Source of the DNA: a virus
IMG/VR virus record: IMGVR_UViG_3300023174_000052
Location: 96,001-160,000 of that record
Reading direction: 5' to 3' (one strand)
Length of the DNA: 64,000 nucleotides
Of the stretch, positions 10,393 through 19,073 are shown piece by piece (the first letter of the stretch is position 1; each line of letters opens with the position of its first letter). The position numbers and the translations under genes were made by a program. Under the pieces are notes generated by a model that was not told where the DNA came from, made no database searches, and worked only from the letters and a program-made list of their open reading frames with translations.

Positions 10393-10431
10393 TAAAAAAA
10401 ATAATGCGCTGGTCTTATATCAACCAGCGCA
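10393..10431 (-). terminator. Intrinsic terminator after the 761-aa gene
   Basis: 9-bp stem TGCGCTGGT/ACCAGCGCA (10405-10413, 10423-10431), 9-nt loop, then TTATTTTTTTT on the minus strand. Confidence 0.8.
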
Positions 10432-10457
10432 AAGTTTCTGTAGTAAAAATTTGTAAA

Positions 10458-12743
10458 TTAACGATTTAATCCTGCCAAACGACCCCAGTTCTCTATCAAT
10501 AGATCGTCACGATCGCTTTTTACTTCGACAACTTGATCTCTAATTATATTTCTTATAGCTTTATCCAATCTAATTCTTAAATCGTCGCCCATTTCTTTTC
10601 TAACATCCTGAGTTATCGCGACGCCTGGTACGTTATCTTTGAATTTCTTTAAAATTTTCGCGATTGTTTCATCGTTCGGAGAATTATTAGGATCTTTTTT
10701 CTTCTTTTCTTCTGGTATATCGTTGATTAATGCTTTTAAACTAATTTTTTCTTTACCGCTGGTGGGTTTTTCTGATTCTGACGAGGCTTCCGACGCATTT
10801 ATCGCAGCTTCGATCCCGGCTTCAATGGACGCCTTGTCTGGTTCCGCGCCAGGTTGCTTAGCAGCCGCGACTGTTGCGACGATAGAAGCTGCTGCTCCTT
10901 CTGGGCCTTTTTCATGTGGATCTATATTTTTAATCTCACTGGGATTCTTTCTTAATTCTTCGATTTGTTTTTTTAGATCTTCGTTGTCTTTTATTAGTTT
11001 CTTTATAAGATCAAACAACTCTTTATCTTTTAATACGCTATCGACTTCTTTAGGACTAGGAGCACCACCGGCACTAGGCGAAGCTTCTTCTGGCGTTTCT
11101 GTCGGCACATCAGGTTGTTTCGGAGAAGGTCCTGATACATCTTGAAGTCTATTGATAAGTTCTTGAATCGCAGCTGCCCTCGACGTCTTTAATCCCTTCT
11201 TTTTTAACCAAAGAGACGTACCACCAACAACAGCAGCTCCTAGACCCAACCCAATCAACCAAGGCGCTGCAGCTGTACCTGCGGCGAGAATAGCAAGTCC
11301 CGTAGCTGTTATTGTAGTGCCCCCTTTCACGAGAACTTTTTTAATTACAGTACTACCAACAAACTTTATAGACTTCACTGTGACGAGAGCTAATTTCGAG
11401 TGATTCTTATATTTTGCTACTCCCCAAAATGCTTCTGCTGGTTTATTCAGGTTACTGGGATCGAATAACGTCGCCTTAAGTTCTGCAGCGCTTGAAGCGA
11501 GATTTTGTCCGCCTTTTTCCCAAGCAGTTTCCAATCCGCCATTCGATACTAAATTACCTGCTTTATCCCACCATCCTTCCTTAATACCCGCGGCTATAAT
11601 TTCCTTAGCGGTTGAGTGAGAATCGATTCCCTTTAATCCGTATGTAAGCCCAAGTTTTTGAAGTTCTTCTACTTTTTCTAAGACAGTTTGTGGAACTTCT
11701 TGTATTGTGTCAGGAGTTGTCGAAGAAAATAACCATTTTACTAACATTTTAAGAACGCCCATCTTGATCAAAAAACCAATCGCAGCAGCTGATAAACCTA
11801 ACGCGATTAATGCCTTTTCAATAGTTTGCGATTTATTTTGCTTAGTAGCGTCCGTATCTTCTCCCGCTTTTATGTCAAGAGATGAACCTTTTTTACCATC
11901 GCCAGCATCGTCAGATTCGCCACCCGAACCGTGGTATTGTCCACCACCAGCGCGTTCGTCGATTTGATCATCTTCATCCAAAACTTTACCTTCTGGTTCG
12001 TCGGTTTCAAACTTTTTATAAACAGCCGATAGTTTTTTGCTATGAAAATTCAACGCAGCACGGAGATCTTTAATAACTTCGTTAGCCATATCGGCTGTGA
12101 TTCCACCATTATCGGGACCTTTTTCTACAGCTGCAACTAAAGTATCATACATTATTGCGACTTTTGAAAGAGCGTGAATAAACACACCTTGTGCAGAAGT
12201 ATCAGCAGGTAGCTTATTTACTTTTATTGCATGTCTAACGTCGTCATCTTTGTCTATATTCGGAAACGAAGGATAATCTGCTTTTATACTATCGAATAAT
12301 TTTTTAACACTTTTATCAGCAGCTTGTTCGTATTTCGCCATTAATTCGTCGTACGCCTTTTCTGCTTCGTCAGCTTCTTTGTCGCCTAATATACCACGTT
12401 TAGCGTCATACATTGCATCGCCAACGCCACGGACAACTCTTTTGAACCAATTGCCAGTTTTCTTCCAGAATCCACCTTTTTTGTCTAATTTGTCACCGTC
12501 GCCTGACGTGTCGTATTCTAACAGTCGACGTTTACCTATGATAGAAAGTACTGTCGGTATTTTCGCAGGAAATCTTATACAATAATTTTCAACTAGTGAA
12601 GTACAAACGTAATCTATACCATAATTTTGAAACACGAATTTTGAAAATTGTGAATCATCCTCTTCGACTAAAATTCTCTTTTGTTCTGCGATAATCCATG
12701 GATCTCTAATCGAAAATAAAGTCTCTGTCAATAGTTGCGACAT
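10458..12743 (-). CDS. Putative internal head / ejection protein with hydrophobic membrane segments
   Basis: 761 aa; hydrophobic stretches ALIALGLSAAAIGFLIKMGVL and GLAILAAGTAAAPWLIGLGLGAAVVGG; many L/I-x-E sites near the N-terminus; C-terminal ENWGRLAGL like the scaffold; directly downstream of the capsid gene. Confidence 0.5.
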   Translation of the reverse strand: MSQLLTETLFSIRDPWIIAEQKRILVEEDDSQFSKFVFQNYGIDYVCTSLVENYCIRFPAKIPTVLSIIGKRRLLEYDTSGDGDKLDKKGGFWKKTGNWFKRVVRGVGDAMYDAKRGILGDKEADEAEKAYDELMAKYEQAADKSVKKLFDSIKADYPSFPNIDKDDDVRHAIKVNKLPADTSAQGVFIHALSKVAIMYDTLVAAVEKGPDNGGITADMANEVIKDLRAALNFHSKKLSAVYKKFETDEPEGKVLDEDDQIDERAGGGQYHGSGGESDDAGDGKKGSSLDIKAGEDTDATKQNKSQTIEKALIALGLSAAAIGFLIKMGVLKMLVKWLFSSTTPDTIQEVPQTVLEKVEELQKLGLTYGLKGIDSHSTAKEIIAAGIKEGWWDKAGNLVSNGGLETAWEKGGQNLASSAAELKATLFDPSNLNKPAEAFWGVAKYKNHSKLALVTVKSIKFVGSTVIKKVLVKGGTTITATGLAILAAGTAAAPWLIGLGLGAAVVGGTSLWLKKKGLKTSRAAAIQELINRLQDVSGPSPKQPDVPTETPEEASPSAGGAPSPKEVDSVLKDKELFDLIKKLIKDNEDLKKQIEELRKNPSEIKNIDPHEKGPEGAAASIVATVAAAKQPGAEPDKASIEAGIEAAINASEASSESEKPTSGKEKISLKALINDIPEEKKKKDPNNSPNDETIAKILKKFKDNVPGVAITQDVRKEMGDDLRIRLDKAIRNIIRDQVVEVKSDRDDLLIENWGRLAGLNR

Positions 12744-12768
12744 TAAAAACTCCGAAGTATACTCTCTA

Positions 12769-12776
12769 TATATATC
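12769..12776 (-). promoter_or_regulatory. Candidate phage late promoter GATATATA
   Basis: GATANWTA match between the capsid terminator and the 761-aa gene. Confidence 0.5.
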
Positions 12777-12790
12777 TGAACAAAATGCGC

Positions 12791-12819
12791 AAATAAAAAG
12801 GGCCGCCCGAAGGCGGCCC
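12791..12819 (-). terminator. Intrinsic terminator after the major capsid gene (C-UUCG-G tetraloop)
   Basis: Minus strand GGGCCGCC-TTCG-GGCGGCCC-TTTTTATTT. Confidence 0.92.
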
Positions 12820-12846
12820 CAGAGGACCTAAAGTCCCAACATCAAA

Positions 12847-14721
12847 TTAGATGATGTTGAGATCGAGGATTGTGACCGTACCGTAGAAGTCGGCGCGAAC
12901 CATCTTCTTACCGTAACGGGTCATGACACCCTTACGAGGGGTGAAGTCTTCGGGAGCGAAGATGGTCGGAGTGACGATTAGCGGGACGTACGGAGCGTAC
13001 ACGTAACCGGTCTCGAGGTAAGAACCACCCTTGAAGCCGACGAGGACCTTATTACGTGGGAAGTAAGGATCCTTGTAAACGGTGAAGCGGTTGGAGAGCG
13101 AACCGATCTTCTCGGCGCCGATTGACATCGGTGAACCGACCTGGCCAGAGCCGTCGATCGAGTAGACAGGCTTATAAAGCACTGAGGCCTCGAGGATGGT
13201 GGCGACGTCAGGAGAGACGACGATGAAGTTCGCAGAACCGCGGAGAGTCTTGCGGTGGATTTCGTTCGCAACGTCGATAACGGTCTCGACGAGGGTCTCG
13301 TACCATTCACGGACGGTGCCGGTGAACGCAGGACCAGGTTGGACTGAAGAGCGTGCAATCTCAGCTCCAGAGGTCTTGTTGACGAACTTACCAGGAGCAC
13401 GTGACCAGTAGTAGTTCGCGCCAGCAGCCTGGGTGAGGAGGTCGTTGAGGATCTCGCGATCGAGCTCAAGGGCGATCTGCTCAGAAAGGATCTGGGTTAA
13501 CTCAACCTCGGCGTCCATTGAGTGGTACGCGTTGAGGTCCTGGGCGAGCTCTGGTGACCAACGAGCGCGGAGCTTACGGGTCTGAGCTGTAACGGCGAGA
13601 GATTCGATCTTGATGTCGATCTCGGGAATGGCGGGAGAAGGATCAACGCCGAAGTTAGATTCGAAAGAAGGAATCGTGAGGGTCGAACCAACACCAGCTT
13701 CGACATCGAGTAGTGAAGACTGGATGTACGACACTGAAAGATTCGCTTCCGCACCGTCGGTTGAAACTGGTGAACCAGAGACGACCATAAGAATTGAAGC
13801 GCCGGCAGAACCCGTCGCGACGAGCGGTGAAGGAGTGAATACCTTGGTAGTATTGTTCCAAACGCCGAGCTGATTCAAACGACGGACGTTAAGAATTCCC
13901 GCGCCGCCTTGGACCGTATCTGGAATAACGTTGATCTTCGTAGGAACGCCCGCGCCCGAAGCCTTAAAGAGCGAGAAGTCCTTGACCATCGTAGGATCAG
14001 CGTACGGTAGATTCGTGAATGGAATAACGTAGAAGTGGAACGCGCCACCCGCATCGATCAAATTGGCAAGACCAGGATCGAAACCAGTGAGGCGACCGTC
14101 GGTACCAGAAACGGATAGAGGAAGATCCTTCCACACACCGCCGTAATATGAACCAGTTGAAGTCGGCGTAACAGACGAAGCTGAAACGTGGACTCTGGAG
14201 AAACCAGAACCTGCGAGGTCGTACTGACCACCGGTTGCTGACGCACCAGCCTGGATGCTCTTGCCAAGTGGGTTACCGTAGATAGACGCGCCAGTTACGT
14301 AAGTAGCAGCCTGTCCCTTGGTACCGTCGATATCATTTGAACCGCCACGGTTAGTGCCATAGGAGTAATCTAGGTAGAAGAGGAGACCTGAGGGGAGGCT
14401 CATCGGTTGGATTGAAACGAGCTCGTTCGCAACGAGACCACCGAAAACACGGCGGACGATTGGGAACGCGATATTGGTGAAACCGCGGATATCACCACCA
14501 GCAGCAACTGAACCGCCGCCAGCGCCGAGGGAGTTAGCCTCGCGGAGGATCTGGGCGGTCTGGTTCTCGAGGAGGCGAGCCATATTTTCTTTGTTGACGC
14601 CGTCGAGGTTCTTGAGAAGACCGGTGCGTGACCACTTCTCAACGAGGCGCTTGTTCTCGGTACCGAGGTGACGCTCGCGAATTCCTTCGGCGAGCGTATC
14701 TAATGAAAATGAACGTGACAT
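12847..14721 (-). CDS. Major capsid protein (T4 gp23-like) with a large central insertion
   Basis: 624 aa; LLENQ, FPIVRRVF, VSIQPMSLPSGLLFYLDY, AQTRKLRARWSPELAQDLNAYHSMDAEVEL, YAPYVPL, FTPRKGVMTRY. Strong SD AAAGGAG. Predicted maturation cut near ILRE (residue 61). Confidence 0.97.
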   Translation of the reverse strand: MSRSFSLDTLAEGIRERHLGTENKRLVEKWSRTGLLKNLDGVNKENMARLLENQTAQILREANSLGAGGGSVAAGGDIRGFTNIAFPIVRRVFGGLVANELVSIQPMSLPSGLLFYLDYSYGTNRGGSNDIDGTKGQAATYVTGASIYGNPLGKSIQAGASATGGQYDLAGSGFSRVHVSASSVTPTSTGSYYGGVWKDLPLSVSGTDGRLTGFDPGLANLIDAGGAFHFYVIPFTNLPYADPTMVKDFSLFKASGAGVPTKINVIPDTVQGGAGILNVRRLNQLGVWNNTTKVFTPSPLVATGSAGASILMVVSGSPVSTDGAEANLSVSYIQSSLLDVEAGVGSTLTIPSFESNFGVDPSPAIPEIDIKIESLAVTAQTRKLRARWSPELAQDLNAYHSMDAEVELTQILSEQIALELDREILNDLLTQAAGANYYWSRAPGKFVNKTSGAEIARSSVQPGPAFTGTVREWYETLVETVIDVANEIHRKTLRGSANFIVVSPDVATILEASVLYKPVYSIDGSGQVGSPMSIGAEKIGSLSNRFTVYKDPYFPRNKVLVGFKGGSYLETGYVYAPYVPLIVTPTIFAPEDFTPRKGVMTRYGKKMVRADFYGTVTILDLNII

Positions 14722-14753
14722 ATTTTTATCTCCTTTAAGATAATAGAATTAAA

Positions 14754-16499
14754 TTACTTAATGCCTGCGAGTGTTGCCCAACGATCGACGACCACACCCT
14801 CATTTAGAGTGGTGCCAGCAGACGCCTTACCAACTGGACGGGAAGAACCACCAGCGGAGCGGACGCCCTCAGAGAGGGAACGGCCGTGCTTCGCGAGCGA
14901 CTCGGAGAGGCTTGAATAGAGGAGGTGCGCTTCGCGTAGATTCTTAGCAGAGTCTAGCGCCTCAACAATTGAACGGAACTGCTTGTCAGTGAGAGAAGAG
15001 CTCTGCATTAGCTTGTTCACATAGAGTAGCTTAGCATTAAAGAGTTTCTGCTCATTGAGCTGACGACCAAGCGCCTTGATCGCCTTTGCGGCCTCAGAGA
15101 GGCTGGACTTGAGTGCACGATTGCGACGTGACTCCTTAACTGATTCTTTTTTATCCGACTCATCTGACTCGTCGACCTCTTCGGCCTTCGATTCTGATTT
15201 ACCACGGCCGGCCTTTTTAGCTGCGCCACCTTCGTGCTTATTGAGCTTGGCGGGTGATTCGAACGCATCCTTACCAGCCTTACCGCCGCCGAAGTGGTGA
15301 GCCATGGCAGTCGCGCCGTTAGCGGCTTCACGTAGCGCGCGGAGACGACCGAGTTCACGACGAAGCATAGACTCATCGATTTCGAAGACCTGGCCTTCGT
15401 CCATGCCTTCTTCTTCCTCTTCGCCTTCGTACATTTCACCTTCGTCGGCCATGTCAACTTCGTAAGTCATACCTTCGTCGGCAGACTCGTCTTCTTCACC
15501 GGCGTCTTCTAAGGGTTCTTCGCCCATGTCTTCGCCGGCTTCGTCGCCACCGACTTGCGCTAGGATATCCTTGATTTGAGCCAACGCATCTTCTGCTGAC
15601 ATCTCTTCGCCGGCGGAGTCGTCGGCATCCATCTCGGTGTCATCGCCAGAATCATCATCACCGGCGTCCATCTCGACGTCGTCATCTTCGAATAGGTTTT
15701 CATTAATACCACGACGACCTTCTGATAGAAGGTTGCGGAGTAGGGTTTTAGTAGACATTTCAACAATCTCCTTTTCTATTTTGGTAAGTTCTCGCTTCGC
15801 GCTCTCCGCAAGGGGACCAGGAACTGAGTCCTTGATCTCTTGCTTAAGTCCAATCGCCTTGCGGAGTACCGCGTTGAACTCCTCGACGATACGACCGCCT
15901 GCGCGAAGCTTTTCGCGGCCATTGAGAGTGTCGAGTCCCCTCCTAATCATTTTAAGCTCAAGTTGAAGAGAGCGCGCCCTCTCAACAAGTGTACCGCGAC
16001 CATCGACAAGACGAATAAGATCTTGAACGTTAGATTCATCTAGATTTACTATTTTATCTAACTTCGAAGAAGTCTTCGTTCCCTTCTTAGATTCGGCAAC
16101 AGTCAATGTAACTTTTTTAACGCCTCTTGGAACCTTAATGTCGAGTCCGTCCGCAGAATCAACTGGCGCTGGTGTTGCGACGGGAGGAAGCGCACTAGTA
16201 CCTACCTCTTCGAAATCCTCGGCATCATCTTCGAGATGATCGACGTCGTCGGAAGTCGCTTCCATAGATGCGTCGCCGTCTTCTAGTTCGCCGTCAGAAT
16301 CTTGGGATAGAATCATATCAAGATCGTCATCGTTAACTTCCTCTTCTTCGCCTTCCCCTTCTAGAATTCTTTTCTCTAAGAGTGAACGAATCCTTGGCAT
16401 AACTGATTCGATGAGTTTGTCACGAGCTCGTTCCTCTGCCATTTTGACGAGGTCGTTTGCTTCATTAATAGCTTCTTGGTAAAGTTTGCCTGTTGACAT
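14754..16499 (-). CDS. Prohead core / scaffolding protein (gp22-like position), acidic and coiled-coil
   Basis: Very acidic; many L-x-E sites; LFNAKLLYVNKL...IVEALD.A...REA.LLY coiled-coil; ends DRWATLAGIK; directly upstream of the capsid gene. Start taken as ATG 16499. Confidence 0.8.
   Translation of the reverse strand: MSTGKLYQEAINEANDLVKMAEERARDKLIESVMPRIRSLLEKRILEGEGEEEEVNDDDLDMILSQDSDGELEDGDASMEATSDDVDHLEDDAEDFEEVGTSALPPVATPAPVDSADGLDIKVPRGVKKVTLTVAESKKGTKTSSKLDKIVNLDESNVQDLIRLVDGRGTLVERARSLQLELKMIRRGLDTLNGREKLRAGGRIVEEFNAVLRKAIGLKQEIKDSVPGPLAESAKRELTKIEKEIVEMSTKTLLRNLLSEGRRGINENLFEDDDVEMDAGDDDSGDDTEMDADDSAGEEMSAEDALAQIKDILAQVGGDEAGEDMGEEPLEDAGEEDESADEGMTYEVDMADEGEMYEGEEEEEGMDEGQVFEIDESMLRRELGRLRALREAANGATAMAHHFGGGKAGKDAFESPAKLNKHEGGAAKKAGRGKSESKAEEVDESDESDKKESVKESRRNRALKSSLSEAAKAIKALGRQLNEQKLFNAKLLYVNKLMQSSSLTDKQFRSIVEALDSAKNLREAHLLYSSLSESLAKHGRSLSEGVRSAGGSSRPVGKASAGTTLNEGVVVDRWATLAGIK
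15756..15773 (-). promoter_or_regulatory. Internal in-frame translation start within the scaffold gene
   Basis: AAGGAG (15773-15768), 9 nt, ATG (15758), in frame with the scaffold; would give a 334-aa product starting MSTKTLLRNLLSE. Confidence 0.55.
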
Positions 16500-16542
16500 T
16501 GCTTTCTCTGAACGCTCCAGATTAATAACTATACGCCACAAC

Positions 16543-17148
16543 TCATTTTCGTAACAAATTTAAGTCGTGATATGTTCTAACTATCCGTCTAATATTTGAA
16601 ACGGGATCATTATCGTCAAAAAAATCTTCTTCCCACGCTTGCGGAACGTCAACTAAACTTTGCAATGCGCTAGAATAGCCCTTTTTTGTTCCCTTAGTGT
16701 GTTGAATCGGTTTTTGTACCGCGTTCCAACTATTCGATCCACCGACAACAGCTTGCTTCCCAGCATACGCACGCGGTGACGCTACGATTGACCCATTAGA
16801 TGAATTTCTACCGATAGCTTCTCCGAACATATCGAACGGTGTAGCTGCTCCGACAAAATATTGATTGTCGACTGATCTCGCAGACAATGGATCCGAAGGG
16901 CCAATACTTCCTATTTTATTTCTAAATTCAGCCTGGTCCTTTGGATCTTCGACCGTCTCGTCTTCGACGTCTTCTAATTCATCGTCATCGACAGGACTTT
17001 TATATGGATATGTTGTCGCTGATTGTCTTGGGAAATGATTCTTTGGGCGCAAAATGCCGTAGCCTGCGCCCGTGTTCGCATCATAATTTGGAAAGTTAGC
17101 AGGTGAACTTAGCGCTTCCCATAAAGTTTTCTTATTTTTATGATGCAT
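16543..17148 (-). CDS. Hypothetical protein in the head module
   Basis: 201 aa ORF tiled between neighbours; no recognisable domain. Confidence 0.7.
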   Translation of the reverse strand: MHHKNKKTLWEALSSPANFPNYDANTGAGYGILRPKNHFPRQSATTYPYKSPVDDDELEDVEDETVEDPKDQAEFRNKIGSIGPSDPLSARSVDNQYFVGAATPFDMFGEAIGRNSSNGSIVASPRAYAGKQAVVGGSNSWNAVQKPIQHTKGTKKGYSSALQSLVDVPQAWEEDFFDDNDPVSNIRRIVRTYHDLNLLRK

Positions 17149-17671
17149 TCGCCGTCGCGGGTGATTTACCAGGTACTAGTGGAAGTTCTTCTGGACCGTG
17201 CGACATTCTCTTAGAAGATTCGTAAGGATTTCTAGAAGGTGTCGTCGCATCCGTTGAATTACCATCGTTCGCTAGACTATTCGTAACTCTTGTTCCGAAT
17301 CCTTCCGGAGCAGGGCCCTGATCTGTAGGGTTCGATGAACCCGGACCTGGGGACATGGGATTCGGAAGGTACGGCGACGCAGGAAGCCCACCAGCTCCTG
17401 TTTCGACGCTTTCAAGATTTGGTGGACGACGTGATTCGCTAGAAGCATTAGCGCCGAAATCTCTATCGACAGTACCCGCCTGTAGATTTTCGACAACCTC
17501 ACCTTTTAATAATTTTTCTAAAGCATCTTTTTTAAAAGAGTTTATATCTCGTAAATGAAGACCAGGAGAATGAGGAAAAAGAGCATCAATCGTCGCTGAA
17601 TCAGACTTTCCAAGACCGCGAGCGGTTGCTTGTCCTAATTTTGTAATAGTTGGGTATTTATAAGATGACAT
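17138..17671 (-). CDS. Hypothetical Pro/Gly/Ser-rich protein, probable virion component
   Basis: 177 aa; strong SD AAAGGAG; located in the head module. Confidence 0.75.
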   Translation of the reverse strand: MSSYKYPTITKLGQATARGLGKSDSATIDALFPHSPGLHLRDINSFKKDALEKLLKGEVVENLQAGTVDRDFGANASSESRRPPNLESVETGAGGLPASPYLPNPMSPGPGSSNPTDQGPAPEGFGTRVTNSLANDGNSTDATTPSRNPYESSKRMSHGPEELPLVPGKSPATANAS

Positions 17672-17701
17672 CCTATTCTCCTTTAGAGTTTAATTAAAAG
17701 C

Positions 17702-17992
17702 TTACTTCTTAAGTTGACGAACTGCGCGAGTTTTTGCTTCGCGAAGTTGCTTAAGCTTACGAAGTAAAGCCTTTTCATCGCGTTCCATCATCATAATTTG
17801 ATGTAGACGACGCTTTGCTTCCTTCACGGTGAAATCTTCAGGATCTTCTAACGCTTTGTCAGTGCCAAGTTCATCGGCTTCAAGCTCGACTGGATCGCTA
17901 ACAAATTCTTTAGCCTTTTCTCTGAGTACGCGATTACGCTCTTCGAGGACGATCTTGCGAAGAAGCGCGGGTGTTAATTTACGGACTGCCAT
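17702..17992 (-). CDS. Small charged helical protein, probable prohead core component
   Basis: 96 aa; SD GGAGG; N-terminal LTPALLRKIVLEE; GATACATA motif upstream. Confidence 0.7.
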   Translation of the reverse strand: MAVRKLTPALLRKIVLEERNRVLREKAKEFVSDPVELEADELGTDKALEDPEDFTVKEAKRRLHQIMMMERDEKALLRKLKQLREAKTRAVRQLKK

Positions 17993-18021
17993 GTTTACCT
18001 CCAGAGCGAAATGCTCTTATT

Positions 18022-18029
18022 TATGTATC
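18022..18029 (-). promoter_or_regulatory. Candidate phage late promoter GATACATA
   Basis: Overlaps the TGA stop of the upstream gene, as at 4222. Confidence 0.55.
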
Positions 18030-18462
18030 AAGCTCGCCCACGATTTGTCGCAGGAGAACCAAAAGCTAGCGAAGCCCAGTTGTCAGCGCCTTCGAATAAC
18101 GCTATAGGATCTACGCCGGTATCATTCACGTGAACGCTTCTCCCAGAATCAGCGGCTACTTGCTCGCGAAGTGTGGTAGAAGCAGTATCTTCAAAAATAG
18201 AAGCCATAACGGGATCGTTTGGTACTATATTTTCGACGACCTTCGAAGTAGTCTTTTGTCTTAAACTTGTTTCTGTCGTATTTTTCTTATCGACAACAGA
18301 TCGATGTTGACCTGCAGGTAGAACATAATCTAAAGCCCTTCGTCGAGGTTGTTGTTCGACGTTTTCTTTAACTTGCTGTCTAGCTGTAGGAGCTGCAACG
18401 CCTTCCATCAAAATTTCCAGAAGACATTCTTTAACAACTGCTTTTAATTCGCTTCTTTTCAA
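18028..18462 (-). CDS. Hypothetical protein, probable prohead core component
   Basis: Start TTG 18462 (GGGGG SD, TTGA overlap with the protease stop); KRSELKAVVKECLLEILME N-terminus; DNWASLAF near the C-terminus. Confidence 0.7.
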   Translation of the reverse strand: MKRSELKAVVKECLLEILMEGVAAPTARQQVKENVEQQPRRRALDYVLPAGQHRSVVDKKNTTETSLRQKTTSKVVENIVPNDPVMASIFEDTASTTLREQVAADSGRSVHVNDTGVDPIALFEGADNWASLAFGSPATNRGRA

Positions 18463-19073
18463 TTTTTCTTCCCCCAATCGATAATATCATTAAAAATTCT
18501 ATCGATTCGGTCGTCCTTTGTAAAGACACGCTTCAATTCGGCAGGATCTATTTTTTTACCTTCAGCCATTAAAAATGCGCCGGGCGTTGAAGGCTCAGCG
18601 ACTACATCCCAACAGATAAGTTGAAAATCGTCTTGAACTACCTGCGAGTCTCCGTCCCTTTTAGTAGAACCTACACCGCGTGACGAAATTCCAAGCGTCA
18701 CGCCTGATTCTACAAGACTCTGTAATATTTTTCCACAAGGGGTATCAAGCAGCTCGACAGTACCATAACATACATCACCGTCCATATAAGCTTCTCTAAT
18801 AATGTGAGATACCTTCTTGAGTTCTACGACGGAAGAGTCAGGATGATCACATTCTCCAAGCGCGCGATTTTCTCGAATAAATTTTTGATAATTTCTAACT
18901 TCTCTTTCAAGAATCGGGCGAGGATAAACTCTACCATTTTGATTTAAGGTTTCTGATTTTTGGAGAATACCTTTCATGACAATTTTTCCACCGTTTTTAT
19001 CTCGGCTCTCCTTAATCATGTCTGGCGTGTAACTGAACTGTGTCCAGCTTGTCAATAACCTAACGTCCGCCAT
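18459..19073 (-). CDS. Prohead core protease (T4 gp21-like, S77 family)
   Basis: NQNGRVYP, ALGECDHP, VSH, LGISSRGVGS (catalytic Ser), WDVVAEPSTPGA. Confidence 0.95.
   Translation of the reverse strand: MADVRLLTSWTQFSYTPDMIKESRDKNGGKIVMKGILQKSETLNQNGRVYPRPILEREVRNYQKFIRENRALGECDHPDSSVVELKKVSHIIREAYMDGDVCYGTVELLDTPCGKILQSLVESGVTLGISSRGVGSTKRDGDSQVVQDDFQLICWDVVAEPSTPGAFLMAEGKKIDPAELKRVFTKDDRIDRIFNDIIDWGKKN

Noticed and set aside
12978-15457. Same-strand alternate-frame ORFs inside the capsid and scaffold genes (e.g. 163 aa, 146 aa)
   Set aside because: S/R/T/P-rich products expected from C/G-ending codon bias that removes stops; no SD.
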